Assembly (NCBI GenBank): GCA_965228475.1
Contig: OZ245817.1
Coordinates: 2,208,001-2,272,000, forward strand
Direction: 5' to 3'
Origin: Myxococcota bacterium
GTDB lineage: Bacteria; Myxococcota_A; UBA9160; JAFDDA01
DNA length: 64,000 nucleotides
Notes under the pieces: model-generated
What the model was told of the DNA's origin: nothing
The model's database searches: none
What the model saw: only the letters and a program-made list of their open reading frames with translations
Shown here: positions 20,465-30,339 of the stretch, in pieces
Layout: every line of letters starts with the position of its first letter
How positions within the stretch are numbered: position 1 is the first letter of the stretch
Position numbers and translations under genes: made by a program

Positions 20465-21766
20465 ATGCAGCGCTTCGCCCTCCTCGTTTCGTTCGGCCTC
20501 GCCGTGGCTCTCGCCGCCCCGGCTCGGGCGGCGGACCCGGCCGCCTCCTGGCTGGCCTCGCTCTCGTCGCCCGCCGCGGCACCGGCGATCGAGTTCCGCG
20601 TCGTTCGCGAGGGGAATGCGCCCTCGGGCGAGCCGGTCCGCGTGGCGGCACCGGGCGACGAGATCCACTGGTACTTCGTGAACCGCTCGTCGGGCGACCT
20701 GTGGGTGACCGTGTTCGCCGTCGGGCCGGCCGGCGCGTCCCGGGTCTATCCGTTCCGCAGCCGGCCCGAGCCGATCGCTCCCGGCAAGGGGGTCGATCAG
20801 AAGGGTGAGGTCTCGCTCGAAGCGGGGCAGAACGAGAGCCGCGACACCCTCGTTCTCGTCGCGACCGCGGAGCCGCTCGACGCGGAGGCGCTGCTCGATC
20901 CCGCCCGCTTCCCGGCAGGCTCGGAGGCGCTCGAGGCGGCGGGCTTCGCGGCCGCGCGCCACGAACTCCTCGTCCGCCGCGAGATCGTCGAGATTGCGAC
21001 GGCGCCGCGCGCGGAGATCGCGCCCGCGCCGGCGGCGGTCGTCGCTCCGGTGCCCGCGCAGTCCGTCGACGCCCCGGTGGCGCCCGAGGGTGAGGTGCGG
21101 ACGGCACCTTCGCCGGTCTCGGCCCGGCCCGCGCCGCGGCGCGCCCGCCGCGTCCCGCGCATCACCCGCTTTGCCGTCCAGTACGACGCACCCATCGAGC
21201 TCGGGCGCGTGCAGCGGAGGCTTCCGAAGCTGCGGGCCCTCTGCGGCCGGACCGGCTCCGCCTGCAAGGTGCAGCGGCTTCCGGGAAGCGAATCGGTCTT
21301 CGAGCTCGAGCGGACGGGGCGGCGCCTCGGCGAGGGCGAGAACCAGACTCTCGCGCGCGCCTTCGAACAGGCCTACCAGATCGAGCGCGGTCTCGAGGCC
21401 GCGCGCGTCGAGCCGCTCCTCGAGCTGATCCTCTCGGCCTCGGGGGAAGATGCCGCGCGCACGATGTGGGAGCGGATCCGCGCGCGCCGGACGACGCCTC
21501 CCGGGCCGGAATCGCTCGCGCTGTTCGGCTCGCTCGGGCCGGCCACCGCGGGCTACGGCGAGCTGTTCGCGGGCCCCGGCGCCCGCGACGTCGAGCGCTT
21601 CGAGGCGGAGCTGATGCACCACTACGTGGTCGACGCCGAGGTCGCCCGGGGGCTCGACGCGCTGGCGGCCGGGCAGGGACCCGTGGCCGCGCGGGAGGCG
21701 CTCCTGCGCCGCGGGATCTCCCGCGATCTGCGGGAGGCGCTGCGCCCGGAGGACGACGCCTCCTAG
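20465..21766 (+). CDS. Secreted protein with N-terminal DUF4384-like domain
   Basis: ATG after GGAG; signal peptide ending ARA; PGDEI.W...N....LWVTVF..GP.G..RVYP...DTLVLVAT..PLD resembles DUF4384. C-terminal half is unassigned. Confidence 0.6.
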   Translation: MQRFALLVSFGLAVALAAPARAADPAASWLASLSSPAAAPAIEFRVVREGNAPSGEPVRVAAPGDEIHWYFVNRSSGDLWVTVFAVGPAGASRVYPFRSRPEPIAPGKGVDQKGEVSLEAGQNESRDTLVLVATAEPLDAEALLDPARFPAGSEALEAAGFAAARHELLVRREIVEIATAPRAEIAPAPAAVVAPVPAQSVDAPVAPEGEVRTAPSPVSARPAPRRARRVPRITRFAVQYDAPIELGRVQRRLPKLRALCGRTGSACKVQRLPGSESVFELERTGRRLGEGENQTLARAFEQAYQIERGLEAARVEPLLELILSASGEDAARTMWERIRARRTTPPGPESLALFGSLGPATAGYGELFAGPGARDVERFEAELMHHYVVDAEVARGLDALAAGQGPVAAREALLRRGISRDLREALRPEDDAS

Positions 21767-21797
21767 CCCGGTTTCCGGGTCGCTGTCGGAGTAGCCC

Positions 21798-22865
21798 CTA
21801 GAACGCGACCTTCAGGCCGAGCGACGGGCCGTGGAAGAGGGTCTTCCCGTCGTTGTCGTAGTTGTTCCCGAAGAAGTCCCCGGCCGAGCCGCTTCGCGGG
21901 AACTGGTCGGGCGCGGTGGCCACGTTGATCAGGTAGATCGCGCGGTAACCCATCTTCAGTTCGATGCCGCGGAAGAGGCGAACGGTCAGGTGGGCTGCAC
22001 CCTCGATCAGGCCCGCATCGTCCCACTCGCTCCGGCTCTGCCGGAAGGTGACGGGCGTCGCGTCGATGTCGGCGAACTCGTTGCGTCCATCGGCGCGGTT
22101 CGCGAAGGCGCCGCCCACCGCATAGAGGTCGAAGTCGACGAGGTCTTCGACGAGCGGGATCTCCGTCTCGACGCCGAGCTGAACGCCGATCAACGAATTC
22201 CGCGTCTCCACGTCGTATCGGCCGAAGCCGTTCGCGGCGACCGGGACGCCCGCGACGTCGTCGTCGATGGAGAAGAAGTTCAGATCCTCTTCGAGGCGCA
22301 CGGCGCGGATGCCCGCCAGCAGGTTGAAGCGGTAGTCGGCACCGTCGACCTCGAACATGCGTCGGTAGTTGATCTCGCCGGAGTAGAACTCGGAGTCGTA
22401 TTCGAGGTCGAACTGGACGGCAGCGTCGAAGTTGTTGTCGTCGATCCCGGCCAGGGCCCCGGCGTCCGGGTTCTCGAACGCGAACAGGGTGTCGCTGATG
22501 TCGCGGCGGCGGGTGTCCCGGTCGTGTCCGAAGCCGGTGAAGACGAGCTCGATCGAGGAGCGTTCGTCGAGCCGGATGCCGAGCACGCCTCGGCCCCCGA
22601 ACTCCTCGTCGTCATCGACGACGTCGTCGGTGTCCAGGATCTCGCGGAAGCTGGCGCTCGGCGTCGGCGGCGTCGGGTCCGAGAAACCGACCTCGACGCT
22701 CGGGGTGCCGTCGCGCTCCACGTAGAGCAGCTCCCAGTCCGTGTAGAAGCGATAGCGGAGCGAGCCGTCCTTGCGGATGTGGTCGTCGGCGGCGCGGGCC
22801 TCCGGCGCGGCGGTGGCGAGGAGCACGCCCAGACCCAGGGCGACGGCGAAGAAGGTTCGAGACAC
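21798..22865 (-). CDS. Outer-membrane beta-barrel protein (BBP7-like)
   Basis: GTG after GGAGG; signal peptide; E.NYR, LAG.R...L.E, N.LIGVQLG, GYRAIYL..VA.A and terminal HGPSLGLKVAF (C-terminal Phe). Confidence 0.75.
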   Translation of the reverse strand: MSRTFFAVALGLGVLLATAAPEARAADDHIRKDGSLRYRFYTDWELLYVERDGTPSVEVGFSDPTPPTPSASFREILDTDDVVDDDEEFGGRGVLGIRLDERSSIELVFTGFGHDRDTRRRDISDTLFAFENPDAGALAGIDDNNFDAAVQFDLEYDSEFYSGEINYRRMFEVDGADYRFNLLAGIRAVRLEEDLNFFSIDDDVAGVPVAANGFGRYDVETRNSLIGVQLGVETEIPLVEDLVDFDLYAVGGAFANRADGRNEFADIDATPVTFRQSRSEWDDAGLIEGAAHLTVRLFRGIELKMGYRAIYLINVATAPDQFPRSGSAGDFFGNNYDNDGKTLFHGPSLGLKVAF

Positions 22866-22982
22866 GGGTTTCCCTCCAAGAAGTGCGACGATGATATCAG
22901 CCGCTCGCGGCGGCGTGCGACTCATTTGGGCTGTGGAATCGCGTGCGGGAACGTGGGGTTCCCGCTGCGCTAGCGTCCCGCG

Positions 22983-23432
22983 ATGGCCGAGTCCGCCCGG
23001 GAGATCGAGAATCTGATCTACCGCTATGCGCGGCGGATCGACGCGGGCGACCTCGAAGGGCTCGCCGAACTCTTTGCCCACGGTCGCATCCTGGCCTCTC
23101 CCGACGCACCGCCCGAACACGCGGTCGTGGGTCGGGACGCCGTGCTCGCGCTCTATCGCGCCACGGTCCGGATCCACGAAGACGGCACCCCGCGCACCCG
23201 CCACGTCACGAGCAACGTCGCCGTCGAGTTCCCGGAAGGGGAGCTGCCGCGTGCGCGGAGCGTCTACACGGTCTTCCAGCAGCTCGAAGGCTTTCCGCTC
23301 CAGCCGATCGTCACCGGGCGGTACGACGACCGCTTCCACGAGGTCGACGGCCGCTGGTGGTTCGAGAGCCGGACCATGTTCGTGGACATGAAGGGCGACC
23401 TGAGCCGGCACCTGAAGATCGATCTCGGGTAG
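22983..23432 (+). CDS. SnoaL-like / NTF2-family protein
   Basis: IENLIYRYA..ID.GD...L..LF, TRHVTSN and GRY.D.F....GRWWF..R motifs. Confidence 0.85.
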   Translation: MAESAREIENLIYRYARRIDAGDLEGLAELFAHGRILASPDAPPEHAVVGRDAVLALYRATVRIHEDGTPRTRHVTSNVAVEFPEGELPRARSVYTVFQQLEGFPLQPIVTGRYDDRFHEVDGRWWFESRTMFVDMKGDLSRHLKIDLG

Positions 23433-23507
23433 GCCGCCGGTGCTCCCGGTGAAGAATCCCGGAGGCCGGCCCGTCCGAGCTGGACCGAACGAACGGAGGA
23501 ACCCCCG

Positions 23508-25184
23508 ATGACCGCCCGCTCTCGATCTCCCCGGAAGCCCCTCGGCGCCCTGCCGCGCGGCCTCGCGGCCCTGGCGCTGGCCCTCCCGCTCGGGGCGGGC
23601 GCTGAGTTGCCCAAGGCCGGAGCGGCCCGTCAGAGCGGGTCCGGCGCGTCCTCGGCTCCCCATTCGGCTCCGTCGGGCTCGGGTGGCGTCGAGGCGGCCG
23701 AGGCCAGCGCGGTGCAGATCTCGGGCCGCCCGAAGGTGGAGCTCCAGCACGGAAGCGGCGACTTCGTCTCCTTCCAGGACAGCGTGAGCTACGACGGAAC
23801 GGCGGACCTGCGCTTCCGCTGGAAGCTCGGGCATCCCGGAACGGTGAGCGCGCGCTGGGAGACGAAGTCCTGGCCGACCGGCGCACCGGGTGGCGCGCGG
23901 CCGACGCCCTCGGGTTCGCTCTCGCACGTACCCGCCTTCGGGAGCTGGGCCCCCGTGACGATCGACCTCTTCGAACGGCGCAGCAGTGCGGGCCCGGTCG
24001 GTCCGACGCGCTTCGAACTCACCGTCGTGGGCCTCGACGCGTCGGGCAACCCGATCGGGCAGCCGTCGCTTCCGGTCGTGGTGAACTACGCACCGCCCGG
24101 TTCCGGCCCGACCCAGACGATCCACGTCGACACCGTCGAGCTGCTCGACTGGACGCCGAAGAGCGGCGTCATGAACGGTCCGAACGATGGCAACCGCGCC
24201 CAGTACGGCCCCGATCAGAAGGTCGACCTGACGTTCCTGATCGGTCTCCAGAGCGAGAGCAGCGCACGGCTGTCGAACAACCTGATCGGCGCGGATGGAA
24301 AGGCGCTCGACGGCAACTTCTACACCTTCGTCGACCTCCATTCGAAGGGGAGCCACACGAAGACGAACTTCGTGACGATCCGCTGCGACGAAGGTCTCGG
24401 GAATCCGTACTACGAACAGGTCGCCACGGGGCTGCGCTGGAAGATGTGGCGCAAGAGCGACGGCGGCGTGCTCGCGGAGGGCGCCAAGACCTTTTCGACG
24501 CCCCTCGTCTGGCGCTGCCCGGGCAAGGACCAGCTGACGCTCGCCAGCCAGAGCCCGATGAGCGGGACGATCCGCGGTATCGGGTCCCCGACAGACGCCA
24601 CGAAGCCGGGCTTCTCCGTCGTGCTCGGGTACCAGTACCGCTTGAATTCGCAGCCCAAGGCGGTGATCAAGCAGATCCCGCTGCTGGCGAACTATCAGCC
24701 CGTCCCGAACGAATACTGGACCGACACCAAGGTGAACAACGGCGCGGGGAACGCGACCAACCGGCTCTCGGTCTACTGCCAATCGCAGCTTCAGCCGGAC
24801 GTCGAGGTGAAGCACCTCCGCTACACGCTCGCGAAGGAGGGGAGCGGCGAGGCGATCCTGCAGGAGGTCGTGCCGGTCGATTGGACCTTCTCCTGCAAGC
24901 CGCCGGTGCTCGTCCCCGCCGGCGTCCAGCAGGTCCCGGGCCTCCGGCGGATCGGGCCTTCCGGCGCCGCGAGCCAGGGGCGCGAGGCCATGGGCCGCGC
25001 GAGCGATGCGATGCAGAAGGTCGCCCCGAACCCCGCGGCGAGCGGCAACCCGGCCGCCGAGCGCATGCAGAAGGTCGTCCCGCGCGGCCTCGGGACGGCC
25101 CCGGCGCTGCCGTCGGCCGGCGATGTCCAGGATGCGAGGGACCGGATCGACTCGAACGTGCGGAAGAAGGAAACCCTTCGCTAG
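23508..25184 (+). CDS. Secreted hypothetical protein with an internal tandem domain duplication
   Basis: GGAGG RBS; signal peptide; beta-rich sequence; two similar ~130-aa two-Cys domains. Confidence 0.7.
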   Translation: MTARSRSPRKPLGALPRGLAALALALPLGAGAELPKAGAARQSGSGASSAPHSAPSGSGGVEAAEASAVQISGRPKVELQHGSGDFVSFQDSVSYDGTADLRFRWKLGHPGTVSARWETKSWPTGAPGGARPTPSGSLSHVPAFGSWAPVTIDLFERRSSAGPVGPTRFELTVVGLDASGNPIGQPSLPVVVNYAPPGSGPTQTIHVDTVELLDWTPKSGVMNGPNDGNRAQYGPDQKVDLTFLIGLQSESSARLSNNLIGADGKALDGNFYTFVDLHSKGSHTKTNFVTIRCDEGLGNPYYEQVATGLRWKMWRKSDGGVLAEGAKTFSTPLVWRCPGKDQLTLASQSPMSGTIRGIGSPTDATKPGFSVVLGYQYRLNSQPKAVIKQIPLLANYQPVPNEYWTDTKVNNGAGNATNRLSVYCQSQLQPDVEVKHLRYTLAKEGSGEAILQEVVPVDWTFSCKPPVLVPAGVQQVPGLRRIGPSGAASQGREAMGRASDAMQKVAPNPAASGNPAAERMQKVVPRGLGTAPALPSAGDVQDARDRIDSNVRKKETLR

Positions 25185-25190
25185 CTCGCG

Positions 25191-26687
25191 CTACTCGAGG
25201 TAGCCGAGGGCCTCGAGGCGATCCTGCAGCTCGGCGTCGACCGGGACGGGCGCCGGGCGCGGGACGCGCGGCGCGTCCTCGGCCGCCTCCGCCGCCGCGC
25301 GAAGTCGCTCGAAGACGGGCGCGAGCGCGGGGTCGAGCGCGCCGTCGGCATGGAGGTCGCGGACCTCGCCGGGATCCTCGCGCAGGTCGAACAGGGCGTA
25401 GAGCGGTCCGTCGCGTCGTTCGGCGGCCGCGGGTGCGGCGTCGCGCCGCTCGGCGACGTCGGAACCGTCGGGCTGGTAGAGCAGCTTGAAGCGCCCGTCG
25501 CGCGCGGCGCGGTTGGCGGTCCGCTCCATCATGCCCCCGGAGACGAGGATGCGCTCGGTTGCAGGGCCCTCGGCGGCCAGGCTGCGGCCCGGGAGGTCTT
25601 CCGGGCAGGAGAGTCCGGAGAGCTCGCAGAGGGTCGGCATGAGGTCGTGCAAGCCGACCGGGCAGGCGGGGACCGCAGCCGGGACGCCCGGGCCCGCCAC
25701 GGCCAGGGGGATCGCGAGCTCCTCTTCGTAGAGCCCGTTGCCGTGGTTCCCGTAGCCGCGCTCGTAGAGCGCTTCGCCGTGGTCCGAGGTCACGATCACC
25801 AGCGTGTCTTCGCCGGCGGTCGTGCGGGAGAGCCCGTCGAGGAGGTGGCCGAGGGCGCTGTCGAACTGCTCGACGCCGCGGTCGTAGGCGTGCTCGAGCA
25901 GGGCGCGGGTCGGCCGGATGCCGGCGCGGTGCCACTGTTGGACGCCCTCGACCTCGACCAGGGCCTGGATCGTCACCGCGTTGGCCGCCGCGAGGGGCCG
26001 CGCGTCGGCGTTCAGGCGAGGCAGCTCCTCGCGGAGTTCCCGCGCGTCGAGAGCGGGGTAGGGCCGGTGCGGGTCGAGGTAGTGCACGTAGAGGAAGAAC
26101 GGCCGGTCGTCCGAGCGTTCGGACAGCCAGCGGGACGCCGCGGCGCTCACGAGCGCCCCGGGCGCGTCCCAGCGCGCGAAGCCGGCCTCGTACACCTCGA
26201 AGCCCTGGGCGAAACCGAAGCGCGCCTCGAGCCAGGGGTTTGCGACGAAGGCCGCGGTCGCGTAGCCCGCCGCGCGGTACTGCTCGGCGAGGGTGTCGAA
26301 TGCCTCCGGCAGGACGTCGGCGGCGGCGAGCTTGCGCCGGGTGGCCTCACCGGCCCGGTCGTGCCCGGCCGGGTGGAGCAGGACGCCGTGCTCCCAGGGC
26401 TGCCGGCCCGTGAAGAGCGTCGCGATCGAGGGCTTGGTCCAGGGAGCGGGTGCGGAAGCGACCTCGTAGCGCAGGCCCGAAGCGGCAAAGCGGTCGAGGT
26501 TGGGCGTCGCCGCCGGGCCGCCGTAAGCGCCGATCCGATCCTTCCGCAGGGTGTCGCCGACGACCAGCACGACGTTCCGTGCGGAGCTCGTGAGACCCGG
26601 ACAGTCACCGGGGCCGGTTGCCTCGTTCGAACAGGCGAGGCACAGGAGGAGGGCCAGGGGTGCGTAGCGGACGTGGGGGCGCAGCAT
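25191..26687 (-). CDS. Sulfatase-family (lipo)protein
   Basis: Lipobox CLAC; NVVLVVGDTLR.D, PWT.PS.ATLFTG, FFLYVHY.DPH.PY, TSDHGE and LFDL..DPGE motifs. Confidence 0.88.
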   Translation of the reverse strand: MLRPHVRYAPLALLLCLACSNEATGPGDCPGLTSSARNVVLVVGDTLRKDRIGAYGGPAATPNLDRFAASGLRYEVASAPAPWTKPSIATLFTGRQPWEHGVLLHPAGHDRAGEATRRKLAAADVLPEAFDTLAEQYRAAGYATAAFVANPWLEARFGFAQGFEVYEAGFARWDAPGALVSAAASRWLSERSDDRPFFLYVHYLDPHRPYPALDARELREELPRLNADARPLAAANAVTIQALVEVEGVQQWHRAGIRPTRALLEHAYDRGVEQFDSALGHLLDGLSRTTAGEDTLVIVTSDHGEALYERGYGNHGNGLYEEELAIPLAVAGPGVPAAVPACPVGLHDLMPTLCELSGLSCPEDLPGRSLAAEGPATERILVSGGMMERTANRAARDGRFKLLYQPDGSDVAERRDAAPAAAERRDGPLYALFDLREDPGEVRDLHADGALDPALAPVFERLRAAAEAAEDAPRVPRPAPVPVDAELQDRLEALGYLE

Positions 26688-26737
26688 GGACGCAGCGTAC
26701 CTGTGCCCGACCCGGGGGTCGAAGGTTTCGAGCGGTC

Positions 26738-28240
26738 TCAGGCGACGGGGACGAAGCGCTCCTTCGCCATCGCGCGCAGTCGCTCGATGTCTTCCGCGCG
26801 GCTGCGCGAGAGCGGAACCGTCCCCTCGAGCTCGTTCTCGAGGTGGGCCGCCGAGAGCGGCGACCCGCCGTGGAGCGAGCCGTAGAGCGCGGCGACGACG
26901 GCCTGCTCGATCTCGGCGCCGCTCATGCCTTCGCTGCGCGCGACCAGGGCCGCGAGGTCGAAGCGGGCCGGATCCTGGTTGCGCAGGCGGAGGTGGATCT
27001 CGAAGATCGTCCTGCGCTCCTCGGGCCGGGGGAGGTCGACGAAGAAGATCTCGTCGAAGCGTCCCTTGCGCATCAGCTCGGGAGGGAGCGAGAAGACGTC
27101 GTTCGCCGTGGCGACGACGAAGACGGACGAAGCCTTCTCCTGGAGCCAGGTCAGCAGATGTCCCTGCACGCGGCGGGAGAGCCCGCCGTCCGCCTCGGCG
27201 TCGCCCGAGGTCCCGAAGGCCTTCTCGATCTCGTCGATCCAGAGCACCGCCGGGGCCATGGACTCGGCCAGGGCGAGCGCGCGCCGCAGGTTCCGGTCCG
27301 TCTCGCCGACGTACTTGTCGTAGAGGCGCCCCGCGTCGAGCTTGAGCAGGGGCTGGCCCCAGCGCCGGGCGATGACCTTCGCGGCGAGCGACTTCCCGCA
27401 GCCCTGCACGCCGACCATCAGCACCCCGCGAGGCGGGTCGAGGTTCATGGCTGCGGCCTCGGGCGTGAACCCGTGCTGCGCGCGCTCGAGCCAGGCCTCG
27501 AGGCGTGAGAAGCCGCCCAGCTCGAAGCGGTTGTCGGCGGGGGGCCAGTACTGCAGGAGGCCGTCGTCCTGGAGCAGGCGGGCCTTGCGGTCCGTCACCC
27601 GCGCGACGTCTTCGGGGGTGAGGGCGCCGTCCTCGATCGCGACGTAGGCGATGGCCTGGCGGGCCTGGTTCTGGGTGAGGCCGCGCAGCGCCCCGATGAG
27701 ATCCCCGCGCGACGCGTCGTCGAGCTCGACCCGCAGCCGATGCGAGTCGCGCAGGGCGGCGACCATCGAGTCGAGGATCAGCCCGAGTTCGTCCTCCGAG
27801 GGGAGCGAGAGTTCGAGCGAGGTGGCGAGCGGGCGGAGTTCGCTCGGGAGGCGGATGCCGTCGCCGGTGAGGACGATCGTCGAGCGCGTCTCGAGGAACT
27901 GCTGGCAGGCTTCGCGCAGGAGGCGCGCGTTCACCGGGTCCTCGAGGTGCGGGCCGAAATCCTTCACGAGGTAGACGCCCGTCCGGTCGAGCGCGCCGAT
28001 GTGGCGCAGCATCCCGGCGGGTTCGCTGGTCGTGCCGATGGCGTGGCCGCCGGTCTGACGATCGGCGCCGAAGCGCAGGCCGGTCGCGATCGACCATTCG
28101 TAGAAAGAGAGGCCGAGCCGCCGCGTCGCCGCTTCCACCAGCGCCCGCGCGCGCCGCTCCTCGACCGTCTCGATCACGACCAGCGGATGCTGGGATTCGA
28201 TCAGGGTCGAGAGTTCGTGCAGGACGCTCGCGAAGGCCAC
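26738..28240 (-). CDS. AAA+ ATPase (Ycf46-like)
   Basis: Walker A GVQGCGKS, Walker B LWIDEIEK, SRH LPPELMRKGRFDEIFFVDLP, C-terminal VPLSRS..E.I..LR. GTG 28240 lies 6 nt after TATCAT. Confidence 0.88.
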   Translation of the reverse strand: MAFASVLHELSTLIESQHPLVVIETVEERRARALVEAATRRLGLSFYEWSIATGLRFGADRQTGGHAIGTTSEPAGMLRHIGALDRTGVYLVKDFGPHLEDPVNARLLREACQQFLETRSTIVLTGDGIRLPSELRPLATSLELSLPSEDELGLILDSMVAALRDSHRLRVELDDASRGDLIGALRGLTQNQARQAIAYVAIEDGALTPEDVARVTDRKARLLQDDGLLQYWPPADNRFELGGFSRLEAWLERAQHGFTPEAAAMNLDPPRGVLMVGVQGCGKSLAAKVIARRWGQPLLKLDAGRLYDKYVGETDRNLRRALALAESMAPAVLWIDEIEKAFGTSGDAEADGGLSRRVQGHLLTWLQEKASSVFVVATANDVFSLPPELMRKGRFDEIFFVDLPRPEERRTIFEIHLRLRNQDPARFDLAALVARSEGMSGAEIEQAVVAALYGSLHGGSPLSAAHLENELEGTVPLSRSRAEDIERLRAMAKERFVPVA

Positions 28241-28293
28241 GCTGCGATGATAAGGAACGCGCCCGCGCGCGCCCGGGGCGCGAGCCAGGAGCC

Positions 28294-29061
28294 CTACTGC
28301 CTTCGATACTTCCCGGGTCGGCGCTCGAAGAAGGCCCGGAGGGCCTCCTTGTGGTCCGAGGTCTTCGCCAGCGCGACGGCTTCGCGGCCCTGGAGGAGGA
28401 ACGCTTCCTCGCGGGTCAGGTCCGGGGCTTCCCGGATGCAGCGTTTGGTCGCCTCCACCGAGAGCGGGGCCCGGCTCGCGATGCGCTCGGCCAGGCGGAC
28501 GGCCTCGGGGATCAGCCGGTCGGGCTCGTGGACGTCGGTGAGGAGCCCGAAGCGCAGGGCGCGCTGGGCGTCGCAGGCGAGGCCCGTCAGGAGCATCGAC
28601 GCAGCGGGCCCGGAACCGATCAGCCGGGTCAGGCTGTGGAAGCTCGCGATCAGGCCGACGTTTACGCCGCTCGCCGTGAAGCGGGCGGCGGTCGAGCCGA
28701 TCCGGAGGTCGCACATCAGCGCCAGCTCGAGGCCGCCGCCGAGGCATCCGCCGTTGATCGCGGCGAGGACGGGGACGCGCAGCGTCTGGATGCCCGCGAG
28801 GATCCGCCCGAACTCACCGAAGAAGCTCCCCGCGTCCTTCTCTTCGAGTTCCTCTTCTTCGCGCAGGTCGGCCCCCGCGCAGAAGGTCTTCCCTGTGCCG
28901 GTCAGGATCAGACACCGGGCGGTGTCGTCCGCTTCGATCTCCGCGATGAGGTCGAGCAGCGCGCGCCGGGCCGAACGGCCGAGGGCGTTCACCGGCGGAT
29001 GGTCGAGGGTCGCGAGGCGCACGCCTTCCGCGGGGGTTTCGATGCGAACGGCTTCACTCAC
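28294..29061 (-). CDS. Enoyl-CoA hydratase/isomerase (crotonase) family protein
   Basis: FCAGADL and AAING.CLGGGLELAL.CDLR motifs. Confidence 0.9.
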   Translation of the reverse strand: MSEAVRIETPAEGVRLATLDHPPVNALGRSARRALLDLIAEIEADDTARCLILTGTGKTFCAGADLREEEELEEKDAGSFFGEFGRILAGIQTLRVPVLAAINGGCLGGGLELALMCDLRIGSTAARFTASGVNVGLIASFHSLTRLIGSGPAASMLLTGLACDAQRALRFGLLTDVHEPDRLIPEAVRLAERIASRAPLSVEATKRCIREAPDLTREEAFLLQGREAVALAKTSDHKEALRAFFERRPGKYRRQ

Positions 29062-30292
29062 CGGCGGCGGGCTCCGGCTGCTCGACGACGCCGGCCGCCA
29101 GCAGGGTTCGGGCTTCTTCGGGGTCGTAACCGGCTTCGACGAGGATCTCGAGCGAGTGCTCCCCTTGCCGGGGCGGCCGGGGAACGCCGCGCCACGGGGT
29201 CTCCGAGAGTTTGACCGCCGGCCCGATCACGCGGTGGGCTTTCTCGTCCCCGTCGGCCTGCGTCTCGGCGAGCATTCCGCGGGCCAGCGTCTGCGGATCC
29301 GCCCAGACGCCGGCCATGTCGTTGACCGGGCCGCAGGGGACGCCGGCGGCATCGAGCCGCTCGACCCAGGTCGCGGAGGTTTCGGCGCGGAAGACTTCCG
29401 CGAGCTCGGCCTCGAGCGCTTCGCGCTGACCGAGGCGAACGAAGGGATCGGCGAAGCGGGGGTCTTCCAGCAGATCCGGCCGCGCGAGGGCGGCGCAAAG
29501 GCGCTCGTAGATGCCCTGGGTCCCCGCGGCGACGGCGACCCAGCCATCGGCGGTCGGAAAGGTGCCGTAGGGCGCGGCGAGGCGATGCTTCGCGCCGTTC
29601 GGCTGCGGCACGTTGCCGGTGTCGAGGTACATCGCGGACTCCCAGATCGTGAGGCTCAGCGCCGCTTCGAAGAGGGAGGTCTCGACGCGTTGCCCGCGCC
29701 CGGTCCGCGTGCGTTCGATCCAGGCCGAGAGGATGCCGAGCGCGGCGAGTGTTCCGGCCGTGAGGTCGGCGACGGGGACGCCGGCTGCGACGGGCGGGCG
29801 GCCGGGCTCGCCCGTCAGGCTGATGATGCCCGCCATCGCCTGGGCGATCAGGTCGAAGCCCGCGCGCTCGGCGTAGGGGCCGGTGCTCCCGAAGGCGGTG
29901 ACCGAGGCATAGATCAGCGCCGGATGCTCGGCGGCCAGCTCGTCGTAGCCGAGCCCGCGGCGGGCGAGCGCGCCCGGGCGGAAGTTCTCGACGAGGACGT
30001 CCGAGACGAGGGCGAGCTTGCGCACGGCTTCGGCGCCGCGCGGGTCGCCGAGGTCGATGCACAGGGAGCGCTTGCCGTGGTTCACCGCGTCGAAGGGCCG
30101 GAAGGCACCTCCCGTTCGCTTCTGCCCGCGTCGCAGGTCTTCACCGACCCCCGGCCGCTCGATCTTGACGACGTCCGCGCCCATCTGTGCGAGCAGACAG
30201 CTGCACCATGCGCCCGCCATGACGTGGGTCACGTCGAGGACGCGGACGCCGGCGAGGGGCGCGGGGGCGGAACGCGGGTTCGGTTCGGTCAA
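29054..30292 (-). CDS. CaiB/BaiF family III CoA-transferase
   Basis: PLAGVRVLD, GADVVKIE.P, N.GKRS, DVLVENFRPG and GFDLIAQA motifs. The TTG start is uncertain. Confidence 0.9.
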   Translation of the reverse strand: MTEPNPRSAPAPLAGVRVLDVTHVMAGAWCSCLLAQMGADVVKIERPGVGEDLRRGQKRTGGAFRPFDAVNHGKRSLCIDLGDPRGAEAVRKLALVSDVLVENFRPGALARRGLGYDELAAEHPALIYASVTAFGSTGPYAERAGFDLIAQAMAGIISLTGEPGRPPVAAGVPVADLTAGTLAALGILSAWIERTRTGRGQRVETSLFEAALSLTIWESAMYLDTGNVPQPNGAKHRLAAPYGTFPTADGWVAVAAGTQGIYERLCAALARPDLLEDPRFADPFVRLGQREALEAELAEVFRAETSATWVERLDAAGVPCGPVNDMAGVWADPQTLARGMLAETQADGDEKAHRVIGPAVKLSETPWRGVPRPPRQGEHSLEILVEAGYDPEEARTLLAAGVVEQPEPAAGE

Positions 30293-30339
30293 GGGCGCTC
30301 GTCTCGTTCGAGGAACGGAGACCTTTCTATCACCTCGCC

